DNA of 64,000 nt from positions 608,001-672,000 of the forward strand of contig OZ219753.1 in assembly GCA_964291315.2 (NCBI GenBank). The letters run 5' to 3'. Numbering within the stretch: position 1 is the stretch's first letter; every line of letters begins with the position of its first letter. Positions 29,881-40,008 of this stretch are shown piece by piece. The notes under the pieces were generated by a model. That model ran no database searches. It was given only the letters and a program-made list of their open reading frames with translations, and had not been told where the DNA came from. This DNA comes from Candidatus Poribacteria bacterium (lineage in GTDB: Bacteria; Poribacteria; WGA-4E; WGA-3G). Made by a program: the position numbers and the translations under genes.

Positions 29881-31392
29881 TTAAGTGTCTTCAACTGCTT
29901 CCACAAAGACCTTGGAGCCCTCCACTTCTATGACTCTAATAGCACTGTTTTGCGGAATGAAATCACCAACCGTGACAACGTCCACCCTTTTATTTTCGAT
30001 CCTTGCTGTTCCAGAGGGGCGCAAGGGAGTCAGAGCAGTACCGGGTTTCCCGAGGTAGTCTTGAAAATCCTCAGGACTAGACGAATGGTACCCCATTTGA
30101 GCGTCCATGACCGTCGATAGTGCAAATTTTCGGAAAAGCTGCGTTTCAGGGAGTAAAACTACAGCAAGGATGCTCAATGCAGCGCTTAAGATTACAGAGA
30201 CTGAAAGCCATAGGATTGCATTTCGAAAATCGTAAGCCTTATCGAAAACGAAAAAGGCACTTGCTAACATGAACGTAATTCCGAAAATGCCTGCGATACC
30301 GAAACCGGGAACAACAAAAATCTCCAAAGCGATTAGCGCGATTCCAAGGAGAAAGAGCAAGAAGGCCCATTCTGCCCCGATTTTTGTTAGCATGTGTCCT
30401 CCGAAGAAGAGGCCGACGCAAAGCAGTCCAAGGAACCCAGGGATCCCGAAACCGGGAGTGCGAATTTCTATGAAAATACCGAGAAGTCCCAAGGAAAGTA
30501 GCAGCGAGCTGATGAGCGGGTTTGTGAGAAAGAAAACAATTTTATCCGCTAACGTCGCCTCAACTGCGACGACCCGGGCATCTGTGAGAGTTTTCAGGGG
30601 TGTTACTTCTGAAAAACCGTAGGTGCGCTGTTGTTTCTTAATACCTTCTTCTGTGAGAGGTAGTTTAGTGCCGGCAACCTCAACAATTTGGTATTGTGCC
30701 AACAGTTCCGTGACAGTTTCGGCTTGTGCATCCGCAAAATTGTATTGGAGGGCTTGTTTGGTAGAGAGCGTGAGCAGTTTCCCTTGTGCGCAGAGGATTT
30801 CCATTTGCTCCCCGTCTCCCTCACGCGTGGCGTATTCTTCAGGGCGGAGCTTGACAATCTGTCCGTCTGAGAGTTTGACAAGAACGAGCTCTTTGTCTAC
30901 CATTGCTTCAGCGATATCAGGGTTCCGATTCTCCCGTTCAGCGGTTGAGCGGATGGTTCCTTGGATATACGATATTGCCTTTTCACCGGCTTCCTGTCCT
31001 TGGATATCAACAGGCGCGGAATCACCGATGGTTCCACCCGAGGTCATCACAATCTGATTACAAGCGATAGAAATCATTGCCCCTGCCGAAATAGCCTGTC
31101 TATTGACAAAAGCGATCGTGGGCAGCTGCGTATCTTGAATGGAGCGGATGATATTGACAGCAGAATCCACCCGACCCCCTGGTGTGTCTACATCGAAGAC
31201 AATAGCATCAGCACCGGCTTCTTCAGCCAACTGAATACTATCGCTAATGTAGGTGCCAAGACCGCTTCCGATCTCGTTTCGGATATCAATCACGTAAACC
31301 AACGCGTTGTCTTGTGCAGACAGATCTCCTCTCATGACGAGGCATACGATTAAAAGGATCACACAGCCTACAAGCATCGTTTCGCGTCTCAT
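29881..31392 (-). CDS. nfeD: NfeD/YqeZ long form (ClpP-like protease domain + TM + OB-fold)
   Basis: DTPGGRVDSA, AISAGAMI, IAEAMVD, GKLLTL, EIRTPGFGIPG, LRPSG. Confidence 0.92.
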   Translation of the reverse strand: MRRETMLVGCVILLIVCLVMRGDLSAQDNALVYVIDIRNEIGSGLGTYISDSIQLAEEAGADAIVFDVDTPGGRVDSAVNIIRSIQDTQLPTIAFVNRQAISAGAMISIACNQIVMTSGGTIGDSAPVDIQGQEAGEKAISYIQGTIRSTAERENRNPDIAEAMVDKELVLVKLSDGQIVKLRPEEYATREGDGEQMEILCAQGKLLTLSTKQALQYNFADAQAETVTELLAQYQIVEVAGTKLPLTEEGIKKQQRTYGFSEVTPLKTLTDARVVAVEATLADKIVFFLTNPLISSLLLSLGLLGIFIEIRTPGFGIPGFLGLLCVGLFFGGHMLTKIGAEWAFLLFLLGIALIALEIFVVPGFGIAGIFGITFMLASAFFVFDKAYDFRNAILWLSVSVILSAALSILAVVLLPETQLFRKFALSTVMDAQMGYHSSSPEDFQDYLGKPGTALTPLRPSGTARIENKRVDVVTVGDFIPQNSAIRVIEVEGSKVFVEAVEDT

Positions 31393-31621
31393 GATACACT
31401 CCTTATCCTACATTTGTTGGAATTGCCAATTCTATATCTTTTGACTCTGGCATGTTTTTAGCACAAATCGTTTAAAAGAGAAGATTGGTTGTCAATTTAT
31501 TATATCTTAAGATAATTCTATGCGTCAAGGTGTATTGTCATTTAGCTGTCATTTGTCTAGCTAACAGCATTCGGAACTTGGAAATCCCTTCTGAAACAAC
31601 AGGATGGAACGCCCTCTCGCC

Positions 31622-32185
31622 TTAGTTGGAGGCGAGTTCTTCTTGGATCCACGCGTGGAGAACATGATTCAGAATCAGATGGACATCTTCTATGGGTCCA
31701 TAACGATCGCTCTCTACAACAACATTGACATCACAAATAGATGCTAACTTGCCACCGCCAAATCCGCTCCATCCGATCGTTTTGCAGCCGATGTTTCTGG
31801 CGTGCTGCATCGCACGAAGGACGTTTTCGGAATTTCCACTTGCACTGATAGCAATAATGACATCTTCAGGATTCACAAGGTTTTTCAGCTGCTCCATGAA
31901 AACATCCTCGTAGGCGATATCATTGGACCAGGCAGTCATTGTTGCAACGTTGTCGGTTAGACTGATGACTCGAAAACGAGGCTTACCGCGGACACTCGTA
32001 CCTTTCCCCAAGTCACAGGCGAGATGTGATGCCGTAGAGGCGCTGCCACCGTTACCAATCACGAAAATCTGTTTTTCAGCGTAATATGCTTCCATAATAA
32101 CATCTATGGAACGTTGGACATCTGCTAATGTGAGTCGTGCCAAAACTTCTTGAACATGTGAAATATAAGTTTGTATTCTTTCCAT
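31622..32185 (-). CDS. SIS-domain phosphoheptose isomerase-like protein
   Basis: GNGGSASTASHLACD, ISASGNSENV, GGGKL, IEDVHL (GmhA-like). Start moved to MERIQ at 32185. Confidence 0.88.
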   Translation of the reverse strand: MERIQTYISHVQEVLARLTLADVQRSIDVIMEAYYAEKQIFVIGNGGSASTASHLACDLGKGTSVRGKPRFRVISLTDNVATMTAWSNDIAYEDVFMEQLKNLVNPEDVIIAISASGNSENVLRAMQHARNIGCKTIGWSGFGGGKLASICDVNVVVESDRYGPIEDVHLILNHVLHAWIQEELASN

Positions 32186-32349
32186 TTTGAATTTTTGTTT
32201 TCCTTTATTTGGTCTGATGCTACAAAACTTGAACATTTGAAAAATTGCCGTGTAAATGATTAACACATAGTGTTTGCTATCAGGACTAAAATTTATGCTA
32301 CAAATAAGACCTCGTAAATGCTAAATTGGTTGCTGACATGCAGTAGAAT

Positions 32350-33309
32350 TTAGATAACCAGTGCGATAGCAGCGAGATCGCCCAATGCTTCACCTAACTG
32401 TGCGCTGGTAATTTCAACCGCTTCGGCGGGGCGCGTCATGGCAAATTCTGAAACCGTCTTCCGGATCGGGTCGAGTAAAAGATCACCGGCAGCAATCGCA
32501 ATTGTTCCCAGTAAAACGATATCGGGGTTCAAAATGTTGACCAAATTGGCGATCCCCCAGCCCATGTAATATGCAGTCTCTTCGACGATCCGCAATGCTA
32601 AGCCATCGCCTCGACGTGCGGCTTCAAGTACGTGTTCCGATCTAACATCTTCGATACATCCATCGGTAAGGTCTAAAAGTGCAGTTATTGATGGGTCTTC
32701 ATTTCGGATTGCCGCTTGGGCTCGGCCTGCAATAGCTGGACCTGAGCAGAGGGCTTCAAGGCATCCACGCTTGCCGCATCCGCAGGGCGGTCCGTCTGGC
32801 AGAAGTATCTGATGTCCGACTTCTCCCGCACTGTCGTTAGCTCCATGATAGACTTGTCCATTAAGGACTATACCGCCGCCGATGCCTGTGCTCATCGTCA
32901 TATAGAGAACAGCATTGTGACCGCGGCCGCCGCCGAATCTGTATTCTGCAAGTGCACTTGCATTGGCATCGTTCTCAATGGTCACAGGAATCTGGGACTT
33001 AGATTCTATGAGCGCTTTCAGAGGTAGGGCATTCCACCCGGGCAAATTGGGCGGTGAATAAACTACTCCAGTTTTTGTATCTAATGGCCCGCCGCAACTC
33101 ACGCCTATCGCCGAAATTGCCTTCCGTTTTAGTCTTGCCCATTCGAGGGTCTCGTGAATCATATCAAACAGCAATTGGAGTGTGTATTCCGGCCCTCTTT
33201 CGGCAAAGGTTAGTCTACGTACTTTGTTGAGAATATGTCCGGTACTATCAGCAACAACAGTAGCAAGTTTTGTTCCTCCGATGTCAATGCCGACAACGTG
33301 TCTCTTCAT
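32350..33309 (-). CDS. ROK family sugar kinase (glucokinase-like)
   Basis: GIDIGGTK, ENDANASALAE, STGIGGG, AGEVGH, CGCGKRGCLE. Confidence 0.93.
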   Translation of the reverse strand: MKRHVVGIDIGGTKLATVVADSTGHILNKVRRLTFAERGPEYTLQLLFDMIHETLEWARLKRKAISAIGVSCGGPLDTKTGVVYSPPNLPGWNALPLKALIESKSQIPVTIENDANASALAEYRFGGGRGHNAVLYMTMSTGIGGGIVLNGQVYHGANDSAGEVGHQILLPDGPPCGCGKRGCLEALCSGPAIAGRAQAAIRNEDPSITALLDLTDGCIEDVRSEHVLEAARRGDGLALRIVEETAYYMGWGIANLVNILNPDIVLLGTIAIAAGDLLLDPIRKTVSEFAMTRPAEAVEITSAQLGEALGDLAAIALVI

Positions 33310-33442
33310 TTGTGTGGATCCGTCCAGAGCGATGTGCCGGGTTTCGTCTTTCCGGCGGGCTTAAATCTCCTGAAAAACTGTGGGCCTCCGGCGTAAATAC
33401 ACCTAGAATTATGGCCTGTTTAACCCAAACTACGTACTGGTA

Positions 33443-34948
33443 TTATACCTTGCAATTGAGGGCATGTAGCGCCGGATAAATCTGTTCATAGGTTTTTAAT
33501 TTTTCGTTGTAACGCTGTGCGACTGCCTCACGCGGATAGTATAGATCACGCGGCGTAACTAACTGCTGAACAGCCGTTTCAATAGAATCATACTTTCCGA
33601 TTGCTGTCCCAGCTAGGATAGCAGTACCGAGACATACCCCCTCGGATATATCAAGCGCTGTTACTTTTTTCCCAAACATGTCGGCTTTAAGCTGGAGCCA
33701 CTTCTCGGACTTCGCGCCGCCACCGATGGCACGCACCTCGTTGATTACGACACCTGCGTCCTGCAACATAGCAAGATTCTGTTTAATTTCATAACTAATG
33801 CCTTCCAAAATTGCTTTGATGAGCTCGCCCTTTGTTGTTGAAAGTGTTAGTCCAACAATTGCCCCTTTCGATTCTAGATCGAGATGTGGGGTTCCTGAAC
33901 CCGTGAAGTGAGGAAGCACCATTGCTGTTCCCGGATCATCGGGTAACTTTTCCATCAATATATCGTAAACATCACGTCCTTCTGACTCCGCTTGGACGAT
34001 CTCTGCTTGTGCAAGCGTGTCTCTGAACCATCGCAGTACAACACCACCGCTGGATACAAAACCTAGTGTCACGTACAACCCATCCACGACATGTGGATAG
34101 CAAGCAAAATTACCGTCTATCATTTGTTGGTTGATAATAGGTTCCGTAAAAGTTGGTGCAATACATTCAACGGTACCGGTTGCATCCATAACCTGACCAC
34201 TCCGGATGCTCCCCGATCCTAGAGCACCACACGGTTGGTCGTGTCCGCCTGTAACGCATACAACACCTTGCGGTAGACCGAGGCTTGTAGCCACCTTGGG
34301 GTCTACTCCACCGATGACTGTTCCTGAGGGGGCGGTATCCGGAAAAAGGGATACATCTATACCCGCGAGGCCGAGCATTTTTTCCGACCATGATTTGTTG
34401 ATAATATCAAACGCCATTGTGCGAGCAGCGAGGGAGTAGTCCACAACTGGCGCAGCACCGAGTTTGAAATAAACGAAATCCTCGAAACCGAGGAATTTCC
34501 ATACCTGTCGATAGATGTCCGGTTGATTCCTCCGCATCCAGACGAGTTTCGCTAAGGTATGAATATCGCTTATCGGCATCCCGGTGATTTGCATCACTTC
34601 AAGCGGTGTTATGCATTCTCTAAGTTCAGCGCAGATGCCGGACGTGCGTGCATCGAAAGTGGTAATAGCGTTTGCTAAAACCTGTCTATCAGCGGATACC
34701 GGGGTTACAGCTTCGCCCTGTGAAGCAACACAGATTGCCTCAATCGGATCAGATTTTGCTTGTGTTGCAACCTGCTGGATGCCGGTTGCTATGTTCTCCC
34801 AGACGACATTCGCGTCAAGTTCGGACCAGCCGGGTTGCGGGTGGATCAACGGATACTCACCATACGCTTGTTCGAGAACAGTGCCATCTTCGCGAAAGGC
34901 GATAACTTTACATCCTGTTGTTCCTACGTCAATACCCAAAAGACTCAT
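33443..34948 (-). CDS. FGGY family carbohydrate kinase (xylulokinase-like)
   Basis: GIDVGTTGCK, GGHDQ, LPHFTGSG, AILEG, GGGAKS..WLQ.KAD. Confidence 0.92.
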   Translation of the reverse strand: MSLLGIDVGTTGCKVIAFREDGTVLEQAYGEYPLIHPQPGWSELDANVVWENIATGIQQVATQAKSDPIEAICVASQGEAVTPVSADRQVLANAITTFDARTSGICAELRECITPLEVMQITGMPISDIHTLAKLVWMRRNQPDIYRQVWKFLGFEDFVYFKLGAAPVVDYSLAARTMAFDIINKSWSEKMLGLAGIDVSLFPDTAPSGTVIGGVDPKVATSLGLPQGVVCVTGGHDQPCGALGSGSIRSGQVMDATGTVECIAPTFTEPIINQQMIDGNFACYPHVVDGLYVTLGFVSSGGVVLRWFRDTLAQAEIVQAESEGRDVYDILMEKLPDDPGTAMVLPHFTGSGTPHLDLESKGAIVGLTLSTTKGELIKAILEGISYEIKQNLAMLQDAGVVINEVRAIGGGAKSEKWLQLKADMFGKKVTALDISEGVCLGTAILAGTAIGKYDSIETAVQQLVTPRDLYYPREAVAQRYNEKLKTYEQIYPALHALNCKV

Positions 34949-35254
34949 TGATTTTTTTCCTTTTCTGCTTGATAGGGAATACAAACATGATATAACAGAT
35001 TGTAAATTAATGCAAGTATTTGTTTTTATCTTAGTTGTCGGTGGGCAAAAAGGAGAACTAATTGAAGCATGTTCCTAAAAGGAGGAGTTGAGATATGGGT
35101 ACAAGCCGGAGCTCGCTTTTACAAAGAGGAAGTGAATCGAAATACAACGTCCGGATGAGGCATCCTCGGCTATTTTATAGATCGGCAATCCCGTAAATCC
35201 TGATTTTGACAACCTCTTGGCAAAATATACCTGCATCCGCAAACACAAAGTAGG

Positions 35255-35284
35255 TTGACAAATGAAGGATTTTGAAGTTAGAAT
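35255..35284 (+). promoter_or_regulatory. Sigma70-type promoter of the phyH-family gene
   Basis: TTGACA-18 nt-TAGAAT. Confidence 0.5.
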
Positions 35285-35346
35285 GGAGAGCAAGTAAAAT
35301 TTTCGGTAAGCAGTGAACACGTTCAATAGCAACAAGGAGGCTGAAC

Positions 35347-36129
35347 ATGCTAATGCAAGAACAAGTCGAATTTTACCATGAGAACGGTTATCTTAAGGTA
35401 GATCAACTTTTTACACCTGGAGAGACAAAAGAGCTGGCATCTGAAATGGTAAAAATTATCAACAATTGGGGGCAGGAGACGATCGGCTGGCCAGGCCCTT
35501 GGCGTACACGCTACCTCAAGGAAGAAGACCAGCAAACGACGAAGGCTGTCTTTATGCACAATCCACATTTCTACTCGGCAACATGGGGTCGAGTGATTTT
35601 CCATGAACGCTTGACAGGTGCGGTGCAATCCCTCATCGGTGATACTATTCAGTGGCATCATACAGTGCTACACGCAAAACCACCAGAAAGAGGTACGCCC
35701 TTTCCGATGCATCAAGACTATCCATTCTACCCACACGATGGTCTTGATTTCGTCGATTGTCTTGTCCATCTTGACGACGCTCCGTTTGAGAGTGGGGCTC
35801 TGCGGGTCGTCCCTGGTAGTCATAAGGAGGGACCGCGGGAACACATCACCGGTGAAGGTACAGCTCCACACCTACCTACCGACAAATTCCATCCGGATTT
35901 TGTCGACTCGATCCCGATCCCGGCGAAAGCAGGGGATGTCATCTTCTTTAGTTATTGCCTTATCCATTGGTCGGAAGTCAATCGGACAGATCAGTGGCGG
36001 AAAGCGGTTCGCTTCGGGTACCACACGCCTGAAATGCGCCCGGTTGGGCGCCCGGCAGAAGAACCTTATAATAATATTATGGCGGGCGGGTTCAAAATGA
36101 ATCCAGCTTCTGATGGAATAATGGCTTAG
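35347..36129 (+). CDS. Phytanoyl-CoA dioxygenase (PhyH) family Fe/2OG enzyme
   Basis: QVEFYHENGYL, HQD (HxD), GALRVVPGSH, AGDVIFF...IHWS..N. Confidence 0.92.
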   Translation: MLMQEQVEFYHENGYLKVDQLFTPGETKELASEMVKIINNWGQETIGWPGPWRTRYLKEEDQQTTKAVFMHNPHFYSATWGRVIFHERLTGAVQSLIGDTIQWHHTVLHAKPPERGTPFPMHQDYPFYPHDGLDFVDCLVHLDDAPFESGALRVVPGSHKEGPREHITGEGTAPHLPTDKFHPDFVDSIPIPAKAGDVIFFSYCLIHWSEVNRTDQWRKAVRFGYHTPEMRPVGRPAEEPYNNIMAGGFKMNPASDGIMA

Positions 36130-36285
36130 TGGACGCGGATGGTGTCTTTCGCTGTCAGTATTGGCGATTAGGGAGAGGAGACCTGTGACATCGGGTTTAA
36201 GCAGCCTGTGTGGTGATGCCTCGGATTTAACACAGATTGCGTCTCCTTTGTAAATAGGCGTGGAATATTTTAACGAAACTATAAG

Positions 36286-36312
36286 GGGCGGGCATGTTCT
36301 TTGTCCGCCCCC
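36286..36312. terminator. Hairpin between convergent genes (probable intrinsic terminator)
   Basis: GGGGCGGGCA-TGTTCTT-TGTCCGCCCC flanked by AT-rich sequence. Confidence 0.65.
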
Positions 36313-36325
36313 GTTAAAAAAATTA

Positions 36326-37153
36326 TTATCGACGTTTTATATTCCCCCAAGTGGTCGTTAGTTTCCCATCTGGCTGAACAGCCAACCCTCCAATTGTATT
36401 CATAGCAAGGTTCATCTCATCGATGTCAATTACTCTTTCCCACATATAGACCTCGGCGATCACAGCGTTTAACCATTGTCCATCCTCGCGGTGTGCGATG
36501 AATACAGGACGGTTGCCGGTTTCACAAGGCCCCTGGCCGTTATCGGGTGCTTCGGCGACTGGGTCCTTCTCTCCGTCCACATAAACCCGGACCCCTTCTT
36601 CCAATTGAAAGGTACCGCATTGATGGATCCATTTCCCTTGTGGTGCTGTGCCCGGCCCGTTGGGTTCAGAAACACCAGTGCCCGGACACGTCCAGACCGA
36701 CATTCCTGCCCCGAAATCGTCGTAAACATAGAGCGAGAATTCCCACTGTCCGCCAGAACCTTTCATGACGATCGGCTGCCGGGTTTGTGCATGGGGATCG
36801 GTTCCAACTTTTAGCACCTTCACCCATGCACAGATAGTGATGCCTTTGCTTTTATCAAAGTGAGAATCGAGGTCTTTGTTTTGACCAGCCATATCAATTT
36901 TGATGTAGGTTGATTTGCCGTCAAACTCCATCGCTTGCCCAAGGTCGTCTTGTTTGGCATCGACCCATTTGGGGGCAGTTTTACTGAGTTCCGTGTCAAA
37001 ATTGTGGGGCCCGTGGTCGACGACCTTGTTTCCTGCTCCTTCGTTCATAGGTAGATACATCCAAAGCCCCTCTTCTATATCAGCAGCAGAGGCAAGGAGT
37101 GTCGCTGCGGAAAGTGCAGCTATCAGCAGCGTGAAAAATATAACGTGACGCAT
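36326..37153 (-). CDS. Secreted LamG/concanavalin-A-like jellyroll protein with conserved C-terminal tail
   Basis: Signal peptide, GLWMYLPMNEG.G, AMEFDG, ITICAWVK, W.H..GTF, VYVDG; ends AVQPDGKLTTTWGNIKRR. ATG 37153 follows AGGAGG. Confidence 0.88.
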   Translation of the reverse strand: MRHVIFFTLLIAALSAATLLASAADIEEGLWMYLPMNEGAGNKVVDHGPHNFDTELSKTAPKWVDAKQDDLGQAMEFDGKSTYIKIDMAGQNKDLDSHFDKSKGITICAWVKVLKVGTDPHAQTRQPIVMKGSGGQWEFSLYVYDDFGAGMSVWTCPGTGVSEPNGPGTAPQGKWIHQCGTFQLEEGVRVYVDGEKDPVAEAPDNGQGPCETGNRPVFIAHREDGQWLNAVIAEVYMWERVIDIDEMNLAMNTIGGLAVQPDGKLTTTWGNIKRR

Positions 37154-37329
37154 TTTCATCCTCCTAAGTGATCGAGATTTCCACAAGCTCCATGAAGCTG
37201 TCTTGTTCAAAGCAAAACTTTTGGGAATTGTGGTTTATAAGTTTTAACATAACAATACAAAATTGGACCAGCTAATTAGCAGACTTAATTATTAATTTGG
37301 ACAAATTGTTGAGAAATTGGTTTGGATTC

Positions 37330-37655
37330 TCTAACGGGTGAATCGGCCGTTCCCTATGTTTCGGTAGGGCTGTGCGGTATTGCCTGCTGCCTCTGCGGAT
37401 TTTCAAGTTATTTCGTTTCCGATCAGAATGTCCGAATTCCTGTTAGAATCGTAATCCAAAAAGCACATCCGCATTGTTCCAAATATGTACGTACCCTTCA
37501 CCCGTTGCACCAATGAAGTGCCGAAATTCGATACTGGACGGATGAGAAGCGTTTGTAAATGTAACATCTGCTTTGACAAAGACATAAAGACAAACCAAGA
37601 CGTAGGCGATAGTAAAGGTCGACATGAAGTATCTTTTGTATGAGTTTTCCACCAC
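37330..37655 (-). pseudogene. Relic of a CRTAC1/ASPIC FG-GAP repeat protein (N-terminal part)
   Basis: Across frameshifts: signal-like N-terminus, VTFTNAS..SIEFRHFIGATG, CFLDYDSNRNSDILIGN, YRNIGNGRFT. Confidence 0.7.
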
Positions 37656-37667
37656 TATAAGACAACA

Positions 37668-38660
37668 TCAGGCTTTGTAAAACTCGACCGTTGTTCCAGC
37701 CATATCCTCAACCTTTTCTATGAGTGCTTGGCGTTCAGTATCTTCCATGCCCGTGAAATTTTTGGCGATGTCTATTTTCTCTTGCATCTGCGCTGCATTG
37801 TCTGGTCCGGTAACAAGTGTACTTACTGGTAAGGACCAGACGAACCGAACTGCTTCTGGAATGCTGACTCTATCAGGGACAACCTTTGGATGTGATCCAT
37901 GTTTACCGTGCTGCGTGCCACCGAAAAAACCCCCATTTGCAAGAGCCTTCATTCCAATCACCCCTATATTACGTTCGACGAGGGTCGGGACGACTTTTTC
38001 AATGAAACTCTCGTAAGCTACATCAACAAGGTTCGTTGATAATTGACACGCATCGAAAATATCGGTCCGTTCAAGCATCCGTTCATGAGCTGCAGGACTC
38101 GAATGCCCTGTGAATCCGATATAGCGCGTTTTTCCTGTTTCCTTTGCTTCTATCATTATATCAAGGATGCTATTATCAATCCGTTCATCTACATCCGCGG
38201 GGTTCCTGATCGCATGCACTTGCCAGAGATCAAGCCAATCGGTATTCAAACGGGCAAGCGAGCCCTCGAGGTGTCTCCAAGCTTCCTCAGCAGTGACAGC
38301 TGTCGTTTTCGTCATAAGAAATACATCGTCACGGTATTTGGGGACCAGTAATTTTCCTAAGCGGCTCTCGCTCCCTCCGGCTTGATAAGATTCTGCACTA
38401 TCAAAGAATCTGACCCCGCCTTCCAACGCCGTCTCAATTGTTTTTTGAGCTTCGGCTTCTGGCATTTCTCCTATATGCCATCCGCCAACTGCAAGCATAG
38501 TTACCGCTTCTCCTGTGCGCCCAAGTTTCCGTGTCGGTAGGAGCGTGCCTAAACGATCAGTAGCTGTATTTGCTTCGTCACCTTCTGCACAAGCCGAGGA
38601 TAAAAGGATACCCGTCGTTAGACTTGCCATCGATTTTAAAAATCCGCGTCGATCAATCAT
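37668..38660 (-). CDS. Aldo/keto reductase with Tat signal
   Basis: MIDRRGFLK (Tat), LPTRKLGRTG, FFDSAESY, FLMTK, SL.RL.TD.LDLWQVH, IGFTGH. Confidence 0.92.
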   Translation of the reverse strand: MIDRRGFLKSMASLTTGILLSSACAEGDEANTATDRLGTLLPTRKLGRTGEAVTMLAVGGWHIGEMPEAEAQKTIETALEGGVRFFDSAESYQAGGSESRLGKLLVPKYRDDVFLMTKTTAVTAEEAWRHLEGSLARLNTDWLDLWQVHAIRNPADVDERIDNSILDIMIEAKETGKTRYIGFTGHSSPAAHERMLERTDIFDACQLSTNLVDVAYESFIEKVVPTLVERNIGVIGMKALANGGFFGGTQHGKHGSHPKVVPDRVSIPEAVRFVWSLPVSTLVTGPDNAAQMQEKIDIAKNFTGMEDTERQALIEKVEDMAGTTVEFYKA

Positions 38661-38978
38661 GGTTTTTACCTCCGTTTTTAATACCTTAAAATATTTCAGA
38701 ATTTTTGTCAACACTTTTCTTTTGTAGCTGTCAATAGTCAAACCTCATTTTAAGGTGACACAAATGTTGTTACAAAACATGCTTATTTATTGGCAGTTAG
38801 CTAACTCTACAACTTTTTCTTGATTTAAACTGGGGTTGGCTATTATAATAATCTAACAAACGGGATATAATACGTTACGTTTTCCGCAGGTGAGTTCACT
38901 GCTATGCGGAAAATGTTGATACGCAAGTAAGACTTTGGACAGGCTAGCCTGAGACTTTTTAAAACGTCACAGGCTTAA

Positions 38979-39202
38979 CAGGAAGAAATTCTTGACAAAC
39001 CCGTTGTGCTTACCTTTGGCGACGAGGAACGGAAATGTAGCAATTCTGACGTTCCCCGGTGTACCGGACCTTGAACATCCATGGGTTCATACGCGATATT
39101 GGAATTTGAGACATATATAGCGTACCTCTCCACGAGTCCACGTGGAAAACGATTACCGTGTCATCGCGCTCCGGGACCTTAGGTGATTATGTGAAACTTT
39201 AG
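38979..39202 (+). pseudogene. Internally deleted, frameshifted polysaccharide deacetylase relic
   Basis: EILDKPVVLTFGD (NodB VLTFDD motif) joined almost directly to C-terminal pieces VAILTFPGVPDLEHPWVHT / EFETYIAYL / ENDYRVIALRDL in shifting frames. Confidence 0.65.
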
Positions 39203-39221
39203 TGAAATACATTCGGACAGC

Positions 39222-39818
39222 ATGCACGGAGCTGAAAGATACAATAGGTTTGCACCGTTAGAGTACCTACTAACTTTGTACGTTATGCTTAGAGAATTTA
39301 CAAATAGTCTAACCCGATGGGATACTTTGCTGTTTCATCGTATCTTTGGTTGGGGCGATAAAAGAGTCCTGAACCGCTCATTTCGTAGCATTTCTTGGAG
39401 CGCAAATGGGTGTTTATACCCGTTTATCGGACTTTATGTACACCTGACGTTCGGAGGGGCTACCAGCAAGCCATTTCTGCTATCAGCAGCACTTGCATTT
39501 CCGCTTGAGAGACTCCTCTACCACCTTATCAAACAATCAATGAAACGTGACCGACCCTACGAGCGGATTGTAGATGTTCACTTTCGCGTGCGTCCGCCCG
39601 ATCGATTTAGTTTTCCATCAGGACACACTGCCTCTGCTTTTCTGATGATGACATTGTTGGCGAATACCTTTCCGACCTTACAGCTCCCGACGTTTAGCTG
39701 GGCAATTTCGGTCGGCGTTGCACGCGTATATCTCGGTGTCCACTATCCGACCGATGTGCTCGCGGGTGCACTACTAGGTATACTTGCAGGACAAATAGGG
39801 ATGTGGTTTATGATGTAG
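39222..39818 (+). CDS. PAP2 family phosphatase
   Basis: K...KRDRP, SFPSGH, ARVYLGVHYPTDVLAG. Confidence 0.92.
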   Translation: MHGAERYNRFAPLEYLLTLYVMLREFTNSLTRWDTLLFHRIFGWGDKRVLNRSFRSISWSANGCLYPFIGLYVHLTFGGATSKPFLLSAALAFPLERLLYHLIKQSMKRDRPYERIVDVHFRVRPPDRFSFPSGHTASAFLMMTLLANTFPTLQLPTFSWAISVGVARVYLGVHYPTDVLAGALLGILAGQIGMWFMM

Positions 39819-39831
39819 GAGGAGCTATTCA

Positions 39832-39995
39832 ATGAAAAAATATCTTGTTTATTTGTGGTTCGATGAATATCACAACCCAAATGCGGCAAATCGCAACCAA
39901 CATCCAGAATAGGACAAATGTTTCACACTGTTTTATGCGGAGGGCTTCATCAAACTCCTAAACAAGCTCAACCTCTCGAGTTCACACCGCTCTTT
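39832..39995 (+). pseudogene. Truncated, frameshifted relic of a conserved hypothetical (possibly glycosyltransferase-like) gene
   Basis: Strong RBS (GGAGGAG) and ATG; across frameshifts reads MKK-ILFICGSMNITTQMRQIA...FTLFYAEGFIKLL, a Rossmann-like start. The family assignment is from memory. Confidence 0.5.
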
Positions 39996-40008
39996 AAAGA
40001 GATGCGTT

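Noticed and set aside
35075-35335. Short ORFs and an RBS-ATG in the gap between the FGGY kinase and phyH
   Set aside because: No homology was recognised and the region contains the phyH promoter. It is treated as intergenic, possibly with degraded repeat sequence (AATCCCGTAAATCCTGATTTTGACAA).
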